A DNA stretch of 64,000 nt, taken from UHGV virus genome UHGV-1558314; one strand, 5' to 3'. The notes beneath the pieces were generated by a model, which worked only from the letters and a program-made list of their open reading frames with translations, ran no database searches and was not told the origin of the DNA. This document shows, one piece after another, positions 9,546 to 17,412 of this stretch. Source of the stretch: a virus. Numbering within the stretch: the stretch's first letter is position 1; each line of letters begins with the position of its first letter. Position numbers and translations under genes: made by a program.

Positions 9546-10178
9546 TTATAAGAATTTTTCTGCAATCAAGCCAGGTGTAAAATCAGGATGGAACTGCAGA
9601 GGCCCATTATCAATGACATTGATTTCGAGATGATTGCCATCGATGTCTATGACAGACGCTTTGTCAAAGCCTACAGGGCTATTGTAGATGTACGCATTGC
9701 CAGATTTGTCAATGACAATATCACCATGAACAAAGTATTCACGCTCAGTTACAGCAAAGCCTCCGCAAGTTGCAGTGTTGTCTGACTCTTGTTTGACATC
9801 GTAGTCAGCTTTCAATGCTTGTGCAAGCGTAATGACATCTTTGCTGTACTTTCTGCGGCCAATAGGCGTGTCAATCATATTGATGAGCGACGTAATTTTG
9901 TCTTGCGGCGACATGTTCATAGCAGCATATTGCAATGCTGACATACAATGTAGCAATTCGCATGTATCAGTTGTAATACGACAAATCTGACAAACGTCAC
10001 CAATTGCAATGTCATCAATGTTGTCGCATTTTATTGATGTCACCAATAACTTTACGTTGTCATGCATGCACGATACTACAATAGAACTGATGCTGTTATC
10101 ATAATAACGTTCAATTTTTGTCACGGTTGCAATGCGGTAATTGCTGCGCTCTATCATGCGATAATTTGTTTTATTCAT
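9546..10178 (-). CDS. hypothetical protein (start uncertain)
   Basis: ORF 9546..10277 trimmed to internal Met MNKTNYRMIERS to avoid overlap with the upstream small gene. Confidence 0.4.
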   Translation of the reverse strand: MNKTNYRMIERSNYRIATVTKIERYYDNSISSIVVSCMHDNVKLLVTSIKCDNIDDIAIGDVCQICRITTDTCELLHCMSALQYAAMNMSPQDKITSLINMIDTPIGRRKYSKDVITLAQALKADYDVKQESDNTATCGGFAVTEREYFVHGDIVIDKSGNAYIYNSPVGFDKASVIDIDGNHLEINVIDNGPLQFHPDFTPGLIAEKFL

Positions 10179-10392
10179 ATGTGTAAGTGTGAAGTTGTTC
10201 AAAAAGGTCTTCAATTGAGTTTGTTTCAAATGCAAACTCATCTTTTGATATGCAAGTGACCATATAAATGCCATCAATATTTACAATGCGGCAATCATGG
10301 CCATCTGGGCTGAACTTCTTGTCTTTGTACAGAATTTCAGCCATGATGAGTCGTTGGTTAAGCGTAAGTGGATTGCTATAGAATCGTTTCAT
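10171..10392 (-). CDS. hypothetical small protein (73 aa)
   Basis: ORF track; operon packing. Confidence 0.4.
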   Translation of the reverse strand: MKRFYSNPLTLNQRLIMAEILYKDKKFSPDGHDCRIVNIDGIYMVTCISKDEFAFETNSIEDLFEQLHTYTYE

Positions 10393-10396
10393 ATCA

Positions 10397-10618
10397 TTAA
10401 GCTTCTTTGAAATTCAAGCAATTATTGAACCAGAGTTCTTCTGCAATCGTAAGCTCCAGTTCAGAGCAGTTATTCTTAATGAAGTCAGTCGGGTCATAAT
10501 TGAAATACACATATTCACCTGAATAGTGAAAAGGCTGTTCCATAGCAATCAATGCGAACATTAAACTGTCGATGTCCCTTTTATTGCCATATGCTACGTA
10601 AACTTTAATCTGTTTCAT
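10397..10618 (-). CDS. hypothetical small protein (73 aa)
   Basis: ORF track; preceded by a conserved promoter motif and a 5' UTR (AACCTCTACAACA-ATG) shared with gene 43203..43514. Confidence 0.45.
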   Translation of the reverse strand: MKQIKVYVAYGNKRDIDSLMFALIAMEQPFHYSGEYVYFNYDPTDFIKNNCSELELTIAEELWFNNCLNFKEA

Positions 10619-10635
10619 TGTTGTAGAGGTTTTAT

Positions 10636-10664
10636 ATTATATATTGATATATTACAACATTTGT
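10636..10664 (-). promoter_or_regulatory. conserved phage promoter motif (ATGTTGTAATAT...TATAAT)
   Basis: Minus-sense AAATGTTGTAATATATCAATATATAATATAAAACCTCTACAACAATG; the -10 TATAAT lies about 20 nt before the ATG. Confidence 0.45.
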
Positions 10665-10710
10665 TGTCAATTTGCACAATTGTTGTTAACAAAATGCATT
10701 ACATTGACAA

Positions 10711-10744
10711 AAAAATAAAGGCTCAGTTTGTATAACTGAGCCTC
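10711..10744 (-). terminator. rho-independent terminator after thyA
   Basis: 10-bp stem AGGCTCAGTT/AACTGAGCCT with 5-nt loop, followed on the minus strand by TTTATTTTTTTG. Confidence 0.55.
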
Positions 10745-10763
10745 TTGAAATGACACGAACTTA

Positions 10764-11822
10764 TTACTGCTTCAAGCCTGTGAACAGTTCATACTTGAAT
10801 GCAGGCCCTGCTGTGTAAGCCTCAAAGTAGAAGTCACCAATATTGATGCTTGCAATAGCGTCATCGACAGCTTTCTTGTAGCCTACACGTTCAATTGTCT
10901 GCTTATCGCATTTACGCCAATATGTGCTGTGCATCATAAGCGTGGGTGATGCAGCATAGTCTACTGCAAGCTGTTGTTTTGCAGTGTCAATGTGATGTTC
11001 ATAGATGTGCACATCATTGCCAGTCCAAATGAACTCTCTTGCCGCACAGTTAGTCAATGTTGCAACAATATGTGTAAGCAATGCATATGATGCGATATTG
11101 ATGGGCACACCAAGACACATGTCACAACTACGCTGAGTAAGCGCACAGTCAAGCCACATGCTTGGTACTTGAGCAGAATCAAGGCATTCTGCAGAACAAT
11201 CATGCACAAGCATGCTATCATTAGCAATCTGAATTCGTTCTTCAAGAGTCATTGGCTGACAATTGAACTGAAACAGCATATGACATGGCGGCAATGCCAT
11301 CTGAGACATTTGTGCAGGATTCCATGCAGACACGACTTTGTAGCGGCCAGTTGGATTGATGACAATGTCTTTAATGCAAGTTGCAAGTTGGTCATATCCA
11401 CTGTCATTGAAGTTGCGCCACTGATACCCATAGATAGGTCCGCAATCACCATACTCAGGCTTGCTGAATTTTGTGTTATGCAGTTCTGTGCACCAAGTTT
11501 CAAAGTCGACATCTTCACCTGGATGCAGTTTACGCCAATGACGATATGCATCCTGATGCCAGAACTTTGTAATACCAAGCGTGTCAAGCGTTTTTACATT
11601 TGTATCACCTGACATAAACCACAGAAGTTCTCCAATGACACCCTTGACAAACATTCTCTTGGATGTCAACAGTGGAAAGCCTTTACGCAAATCAAATCGC
11701 ATTGATTCTACAAACAATGACTTTGTGCGAGGCATGTTTTCACGAGCAGGCTCCTTAAATCTGCCATGTTCAATAACATTGTTAAGTACTCTCAAGTACT
11801 CAGTGTCGTGTTTGATATTCAT
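10764..11822 (-). CDS. thyA: thymidylate synthase (ThyA family, with insertion)
   Basis: FPLLTSKR, VVSAWNPAQ, catalytic ALPPCHMLFQF, and LGVPINIASYALL with Asn at the base-specificity position (uracil-specific). Confidence 0.8.
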   Translation of the reverse strand: MNIKHDTEYLRVLNNVIEHGRFKEPARENMPRTKSLFVESMRFDLRKGFPLLTSKRMFVKGVIGELLWFMSGDTNVKTLDTLGITKFWHQDAYRHWRKLHPGEDVDFETWCTELHNTKFSKPEYGDCGPIYGYQWRNFNDSGYDQLATCIKDIVINPTGRYKVVSAWNPAQMSQMALPPCHMLFQFNCQPMTLEERIQIANDSMLVHDCSAECLDSAQVPSMWLDCALTQRSCDMCLGVPINIASYALLTHIVATLTNCAAREFIWTGNDVHIYEHHIDTAKQQLAVDYAASPTLMMHSTYWRKCDKQTIERVGYKKAVDDAIASINIGDFYFEAYTAGPAFKYELFTGLKQ

Positions 11823-12483
11823 GAATGGGATGTTTATGAGTGTCTAATGATATGTCTGAGAATTCATATGCATACTTTGATATTGCAACACCATTTGCAT
11901 CTTCAAATGCTTCTGTAAAGTTGCTATCAATCCATCGTTTGACAGACTTAACTCCGCCTAAATGACATGCTGCAAGCAATGACGCTTCGGTTATTGTAAA
12001 TGTGTTATCATTGTATGTCGCTTTACGCCCAATTGCGTCATAACAACCGTAGTGCTGCAGCAATTCTTGTTGACGTTCAAGTAGCATATGCTGCACCGCA
12101 ATCTGCTTTGTAGAATCTTTAGCAATTTCTTGCAGTGAACAAGTCAATCCTTTGTATCGTACCAAGTCATCATGAGCAATCTTTGTTAGCTGCCATCGAC
12201 CTGTTGCGCCAAATCGATTTGTGATATGCCAACGATTGCGAGATTCAAGATAGCCCAGCTTATCTAAGTATTCTGCAAAGCTGCAAGTTTCTGGTTCAGT
12301 GACGTCTAACAAGACGTGCACATTTGACAAATTTGCGACTGGCGCATATGTGACATGTTTTGTTGCAGTGCAATCACATAATGTCGGCCATGCAATGATA
12401 AAAGCAACACCAATTTTGATGAGCGATTCACATAATCTTATCATTTGTTTGAAATTAGTGAAGAGCACTTGCAGGCAGCTCAA
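11800..12483 (-). CDS. hypothetical protein (227 aa; start uncertain)
   Basis: ORF track; overlaps thyA start by 23 nt; no confident motif. Confidence 0.4.
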   Translation of the reverse strand: MSCLQVLFTNFKQMIRLCESLIKIGVAFIIAWPTLCDCTATKHVTYAPVANLSNVHVLLDVTEPETCSFAEYLDKLGYLESRNRWHITNRFGATGRWQLTKIAHDDLVRYKGLTCSLQEIAKDSTKQIAVQHMLLERQQELLQHYGCYDAIGRKATYNDNTFTITEASLLAACHLGGVKSVKRWIDSNFTEAFEDANGVAISKYAYEFSDISLDTHKHPIHEYQTRH

Positions 12484-12509
12484 TCTCCTGACAGTACACT
12501 GTCATGCAA

Positions 12510-14387
12510 TCAAAAGCCTGCAAAGAAATCAGCATCAGCAGCATCTTGCTGCGATGTTGACTCTTGTTCAATCACAAATCGACTGTGCAACTTTTGATTA
12601 TGTTTTATGTATGGCATAATGCGCCGGATTGATTCATCAATGACAAACGTTTCACACCAGTCATTTGCATGTCGAATGCCTCGACCAACTGACTGTACGA
12701 AGCTTTGATAGCACTTATTGCGATACCAGCTTTCGTGATTTGCAGCTTTTGTTTTGACTACGATATCACCAAGTGATTGCCAAGGTAATTTTGCAACAAT
12801 TTGACATCTACAACGATTGTCTGGTAAGTCAACGCCTTCAGTAATGCTAAAGCCTACAAGTACGTAGTTAGTGCCATCAGCAAGCATTGCAAGTTTGTTT
12901 TGTTTATCTTCAGCATTGACATATGTCAGCATTCTGCGTTTGTGCTTGCTGTTATTGATGATATAGTTTGCAATGTCTCGTGTTGATGTGTGTATGATAC
13001 AGTTGCAGTCATGCGTGTCAAGAATGCTGTCAATCTTCTCAACAAGTCGAGGCATATTTGCCGCTTTATTCTTGTAGCTCAATGACAACGCAGGCCTGCA
13101 CAGTACAATGGGGGATTTGCTAAAATCCCAATCAGGCTCCATGTAGAATGCTACATAGTTTTTGATGCCATTGAGTGCAGCAAATGTGTCGATGTCACCA
13201 ATTGTCGCTGACATCCACAATTGTGCGTGTGTAGCATCACTGTGATGCACCAGCGTATTTGCAAGAAGCTCATCATTGACACATTTGAATTGCAAGCTGT
13301 TTGTTGCAGCGTCAAGTACTACAAGCATGTCACCAGGTGATTGTTCAGTTGCATCAAGCATTGTAATGATTGAATATGACAACGTATCACAGCTGGCAAC
13401 AAAGCGAATGAACGCTTTCTCAAATTGACCAAGTATTTTACCAGAATCCTGAAGTTCACTTAGCTTGTCATATGCAGTATGCAAAAAGTCTACAAGTTCT
13501 GACAACTGCTGTGCAAGCACTCTTGCTTCTGCTCGCATTGTTGCAATGTCATATTGTGTTGTTGCAAGCTTAATGATTGCTTTGACTTGTGCAAACACAT
13601 TATTGCGAAGTTCTACATATTTATTCTGATTTTCAAGAGTCATGATACCTGCAATCAGTGACTCGGCCTTTGTGCAATTCTGAATGAATCGAGGACCAAT
13701 TGACGTGTAAAGAAAGCCTGACAAAATGTCATCAATCTTATGGCACTCATCGAATATTGTCAATTCACGAGGCCCAAATAAGTTTTTGACGCAATTGACT
13801 TGTATCAACCAGTATGCATAATTGAGCACAGTGCAATTTGCTGCTGCAGCCTTTTGACGAGTCTGCAAATATGCGCATTTAGGTCCGCATGGCAATGCAA
13901 GAGCTTTCTTTGATGACAGCCCGTCTTGCTGGCATTTGCCCATACTGAATGGCAGCCCATTGACATGACAAATGTAGTTGTCTCGACCTTTGAGCATTAC
14001 ACAACTTCTGAATGCTGAAGTAGTTGTATCTGCTTTAGCATTGTTGTCGTACAAATATTGCTGAATGAACTTGTCGTACTGGTCTTGCAGCAGTTTATCA
14101 GAAGTCAGTACATACGACTTAAAGAACGTTGCACAAAACATTGCAACCACAGATTTCCCCGTTCCAGTCGCGCCCTGCAACACAACATTTTGCCCATTTG
14201 CAATGCAACGAATGATGTCAATAATTAGTTGACGTTGAGTTGCGTCAAAACGTGCTTGGTCCCATTTGCATGTCTTTGATTGTGCAAGATATGCTGAGAA
14301 TTTGTCGATATGTGCTACAATGAGCTCATCAAGCTCTTGCTGAGACTGTTCTTCTGTCTTATGTTCTGTTGGTGTTAGTCTACCCAT
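12510..14387 (-). CDS. XPD/DinG-like (Rad3 family) SF2 DNA helicase with Fe-S Cys cluster
   Basis: Walker A VLQGATGTGKSVV, DECH box IFDECHKIDD, motif VI VQSVGRGIRHANDW, and four Cys between motifs I and II (ICH, KCQ, PCGPKC). Confidence 0.7.
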   Translation of the reverse strand: MGRLTPTEHKTEEQSQQELDELIVAHIDKFSAYLAQSKTCKWDQARFDATQRQLIIDIIRCIANGQNVVLQGATGTGKSVVAMFCATFFKSYVLTSDKLLQDQYDKFIQQYLYDNNAKADTTTSAFRSCVMLKGRDNYICHVNGLPFSMGKCQQDGLSSKKALALPCGPKCAYLQTRQKAAAANCTVLNYAYWLIQVNCVKNLFGPRELTIFDECHKIDDILSGFLYTSIGPRFIQNCTKAESLIAGIMTLENQNKYVELRNNVFAQVKAIIKLATTQYDIATMRAEARVLAQQLSELVDFLHTAYDKLSELQDSGKILGQFEKAFIRFVASCDTLSYSIITMLDATEQSPGDMLVVLDAATNSLQFKCVNDELLANTLVHHSDATHAQLWMSATIGDIDTFAALNGIKNYVAFYMEPDWDFSKSPIVLCRPALSLSYKNKAANMPRLVEKIDSILDTHDCNCIIHTSTRDIANYIINNSKHKRRMLTYVNAEDKQNKLAMLADGTNYVLVGFSITEGVDLPDNRCRCQIVAKLPWQSLGDIVVKTKAANHESWYRNKCYQSFVQSVGRGIRHANDWCETFVIDESIRRIMPYIKHNQKLHSRFVIEQESTSQQDAADADFFAGF

Positions 14388-14404
14388 TCTAAATGAGATT
14401 TAGA
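14388..14404 (-). promoter_or_regulatory. palindromic leader element TCTAAATGAGATTTAGA abutting the helicase start codon
   Basis: Perfect 7-bp inverted repeat with 3-nt spacer at positions -1 to -17 from the ATG; identical element at 21342-21358. Confidence 0.5.
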
Positions 14405-14626
14405 TTATGTTCGAATATATGAGAACATATATTATTTGTAAAGATATAATACTACAAACAGCACACATTTGCACTTTGACATAACTGATTGAGTATCAAT
14501 CAATTATGAGTTTATAAAAGTTTTTCAAAAGTAGGGTGTTGTTGTTTGAGTAGAGTGTTGTTAATGCTGTCAGCTGTCTTGTTAGCATTATCGATTGCTT
14601 GCAAACTATCAGCCGTCATAGAACAT

Positions 14627-14666
14627 CACAAAAGCAAGCAGACTACAATTGCAGTCTGCTTGCTTT
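14627..14666 (-). terminator. rho-independent terminator (13-bp stem) followed by TTTTGTG
   Basis: AAGCAAGCAGACT / AGTCTGCTTGCTT stem; near-identical palindrome at 30977-31004. Confidence 0.55.
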
Positions 14667-14687
14667 GACATATGTGTAGCATATAGC

Positions 14688-15044
14688 TTATTTGCACATA
14701 AACAATGCAGCAAACCAATTCACTGGCTTGTCAATAAGCTGCTTCCACATAGTCCAATTGTACATGCCATGTGCAAACATTGTAAGAGCAAACAGCAGCA
14801 TACACATTGATACAAGCCAATCAGCAAATGGCATATTGCCCCATCGAATGTACTCGAAAATGCCAACTTTAACAAGCTGAGCAAACAAAATGAGCATTAC
14901 AGCCATTGCAAGTCGCGTCCAGACTACATATTGCTGAGTCTTATCTACAAACTTTGCAATCAATGCTGGCACAAAGTACATAATGTATGCAAACAGCAGC
15001 AAGCAAAAGCCTGCATACAGCAGATTAGAAATAAAAGCTCCCAT
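14688..15044 (-). CDS. integral membrane protein (3-4 TM)
   Basis: ORF track; strongly hydrophobic segments (FCLLLFAYIMYFVPALIA, AMAVMLILFAQLV, LVSMCMLLFALTMF). Confidence 0.45.
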   Translation of the reverse strand: MGAFISNLLYAGFCLLLFAYIMYFVPALIAKFVDKTQQYVVWTRLAMAVMLILFAQLVKVGIFEYIRWGNMPFADWLVSMCMLLFALTMFAHGMYNWTMWKQLIDKPVNWFAALFMCK

Positions 15045-15047
15045 ATT

Positions 15048-15929
15048 CTATCGTTTGAATTTGATGAAGTGTTCAGCATCGAGGCCCTCAAATACATACG
15101 GGTCAAGAGTTTCCCAGAAGTTTGAGTATGTCGTTGTCTTTGCAATGCTTGTTTGCTTTGACAAGTTCATATTTGGGTAGCCAAGCATTGCATAGTGTCG
15201 CTCATATATGTGCATTGACGTCGCATTATGCACATATGCGCCAAGCTTAAGACCAAGTTCATTTGCGACAAGTTCTTGCAACAAAGTGAATGCAAACTGG
15301 TCGTTGCAAAAGCCCCAAATGACATCATTGCTTCGCATGTATGTTGTCAAGTACAGCTTATCACCACGAACATTGAAAACAAGATTCAATGTGCATGGCA
15401 TGTCTTTGCCAGTGTAGTTTGCATATTGCGGCTCATAAATGCTAATAACTGCTCGTCTTGTGCATTCATGATTTCGCAAACGTTCAATGACATCTGCAAT
15501 CTGCTTGTGCCAAATTGCGCCATACTGTGAATTGACATTGACACCATCGTCGCTGAATTGCTTCCAACGAGGCAAATAACGTTCAATGCATTCAACTGCA
15601 GGATTGGCTGTCATGTACCACGCAAATTCTGCAGCAGCATTGAGCTTTTTCCATGGTCGTACGTCAATCTTGATTTGCCGCTGTGAAGGGTCCTGAATAA
15701 CTACAGACACATTCAGCAATTCTTTTGTTCGAGTCACTGTTTGTGCATTGTTGCCCTTTGATTCTACAAACTCACCTCTACAATGAAGTTCATACAAAAT
15801 TGAGCGAAATGCTTCTGTTGCAGTGTTTTCAATGATTGTCGTCTGTTGATAACATAAATTTGACGACAATGCTTCAGCATCATTGTACTTTATGCTGTCA
15901 TTGTCATAAGGTGAATTTTTTGTGTGCAT
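15048..15929 (-). CDS. deoxycytidylate 5-hydroxymethylase (T4 gp42-like, ThyA fold)
   Basis: Catalytic Cys in DMPCTLNLVF; YMRSNDVIWGFCNDQFAF closely resembles gp42 NMRSNDVVFGFRNDYAW, with Asp at the position equivalent to ThyA Asn177 / gp42 Asp179. Confidence 0.7.
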   Translation of the reverse strand: MHTKNSPYDNDSIKYNDAEALSSNLCYQQTTIIENTATEAFRSILYELHCRGEFVESKGNNAQTVTRTKELLNVSVVIQDPSQRQIKIDVRPWKKLNAAAEFAWYMTANPAVECIERYLPRWKQFSDDGVNVNSQYGAIWHKQIADVIERLRNHECTRRAVISIYEPQYANYTGKDMPCTLNLVFNVRGDKLYLTTYMRSNDVIWGFCNDQFAFTLLQELVANELGLKLGAYVHNATSMHIYERHYAMLGYPNMNLSKQTSIAKTTTYSNFWETLDPYVFEGLDAEHFIKFKR

Positions 15930-15953
15930 ATTTTGGGATGTTTGTTTTTGTTA

Positions 15954-17048
15954 TCATACAACGACGGTATCTCGTTTGCAATCTGTTCTGTCGAATATCG
16001 AGCAACAATATGATGCAGATTGCTCTTTGATTGCAATAGCTTCGTCATTGTCAAGTGATGAAATACCATCTATGTATGCTTTTGTATTGCCAGCGATGTC
16101 ATCATTTGTTAGCAATGCTGCACGACGTTCAGTACCAAAGAAGCCAAAGCACAATTGACGCTGCAATGCTTCACGAGAAATCTTGTCATCAAACTCGGAT
16201 TTCATGTGTTGCATAAATTCGACAATATCATCAATGTCGCATTGAGTAAAGTCAATGTACAATTTATGCATGTACTTGAATCGTTTGTAGTCTGTTGCAA
16301 GAATTTCTGGGTGCACAATGAACAACGTCTTTTTGCTGTCTATTGGATTTGCAATGACTGACGCTTGAACATAATCAACAAGCACGCCAGATTCACGAAG
16401 TTGCTCAACTGTTTTGCCAAATATATGCCCAAACGTGTCATCAAACCACTTCAAGTATACTTCGTTGTCTTCATCTTTTGATGCGCCAACAATGTAAATC
16501 TCATTGACTCCAAGCGCTTTAAGACGAGTGTCAGATAGCATCGTGTTCAATTGATGCTGCACATACAGCATTGGGCTGCTATGCAAAACTGTTTTGACAA
16601 TCTCACAAGCAATGTCCATATATGCATAGTCAAGCTTTGCAGATTTTGACACATACACTGCACGTTGCTGCAATGGCTCAATTGCTGAGCATGTGGTCAC
16701 AAAGTTGCCAACACATTCTGCTACTGCAATGTCATGCAAGTCATCTGCAATGTACACAATACTTGACAAGTCATCAAATGTTTGAACAAGTTGCTGAAGC
16801 TTTGTTTTGTAATTGCAGAGCATCAATGACTTGATGTTGCAATTGCCAAGCATTGTCTTGATGAGTCGTTGACCTGCTTCAGTGCTGTCACCAGAAATGA
16901 CATGCACATCGCAGTCAAACCAGTTCAACATGTCGATTGCATGCCGAACGCCATATTGCATTTGTTTTGCGAACTTGCCAGATTCATTGAACAGCATTTC
17001 ACCTGACATAATGCCGTCAAAGTCACATACGATTTGAAGTCTGTCCAT
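15954..17048 (-). CDS. HAD-superfamily phosphatase domain protein with uncharacterised C-terminal domain
   Basis: N-terminal IVCDFDGIM matches the HAD motif I (D-x-D-G). Confidence 0.5.
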   Translation of the reverse strand: MDRLQIVCDFDGIMSGEMLFNESGKFAKQMQYGVRHAIDMLNWFDCDVHVISGDSTEAGQRLIKTMLGNCNIKSLMLCNYKTKLQQLVQTFDDLSSIVYIADDLHDIAVAECVGNFVTTCSAIEPLQQRAVYVSKSAKLDYAYMDIACEIVKTVLHSSPMLYVQHQLNTMLSDTRLKALGVNEIYIVGASKDEDNEVYLKWFDDTFGHIFGKTVEQLRESGVLVDYVQASVIANPIDSKKTLFIVHPEILATDYKRFKYMHKLYIDFTQCDIDDIVEFMQHMKSEFDDKISREALQRQLCFGFFGTERRAALLTNDDIAGNTKAYIDGISSLDNDEAIAIKEQSASYCCSIFDRTDCKRDTVVV

Positions 17049-17052
17049 GTTG

Positions 17053-17358
17053 CTACAATTTTGAAGTTAAGTCAATTCGAATTTTGTCTGCGTTGCTTTG
17101 GTCAACAAATCTGTCATCAAAGAAACATTCAACTACGACAAGCTTCTTTGAATTCACAAATTCGATTAGCGATTTTTGCATTGCATCAAGTTGCTTCATG
17201 CATTTACAAAAGCTGCTGTATGACATGATTTGCTTTGGTAACATATCAAATGCGTCTGCAATTCGCTGATGAGCAATCTTTTTTGATGTTGCAATAATGA
17301 CATCTGCTTTGTTGTCATTTGCATGATTGCCAAATATCGCAATATGGTAAACTTTCAT
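17053..17358 (-). CDS. hypothetical small protein
   Basis: ORF 17053..17385 trimmed to internal Met MKVYHIAIFG. Confidence 0.35.
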   Translation of the reverse strand: MKVYHIAIFGNHANDNKADVIIATSKKIAHQRIADAFDMLPKQIMSYSSFCKCMKQLDAMQKSLIEFVNSKKLVVVECFFDDRFVDQSNADKIRIDLTSKL

Positions 17359-17412
17359 TGTATGAGTGATTTTGCTGTTATACATTTATGTTATATATGC
17401 ACATTGTGCCAG

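Noticed and set aside
10764-11822. Second hydroxymethylase rather than thymidylate synthase at 10764..11822
   Set aside because: The specificity position in LGVPINIASYALL carries Asn as in ThyA, and the P-C-H catalytic motif and FPLLTSKR are canonical for thymidylate synthase. The Asp-bearing hydroxymethylase signature is found only in 15048..15929.
14388-14687. tRNA gene in the longest intergenic region
   Set aside because: No cloverleaf-compatible stems or T-loop consensus were visible; the region holds promoter-like AT-rich sequence and a terminator hairpin. A dedicated tRNA scan was not possible here.
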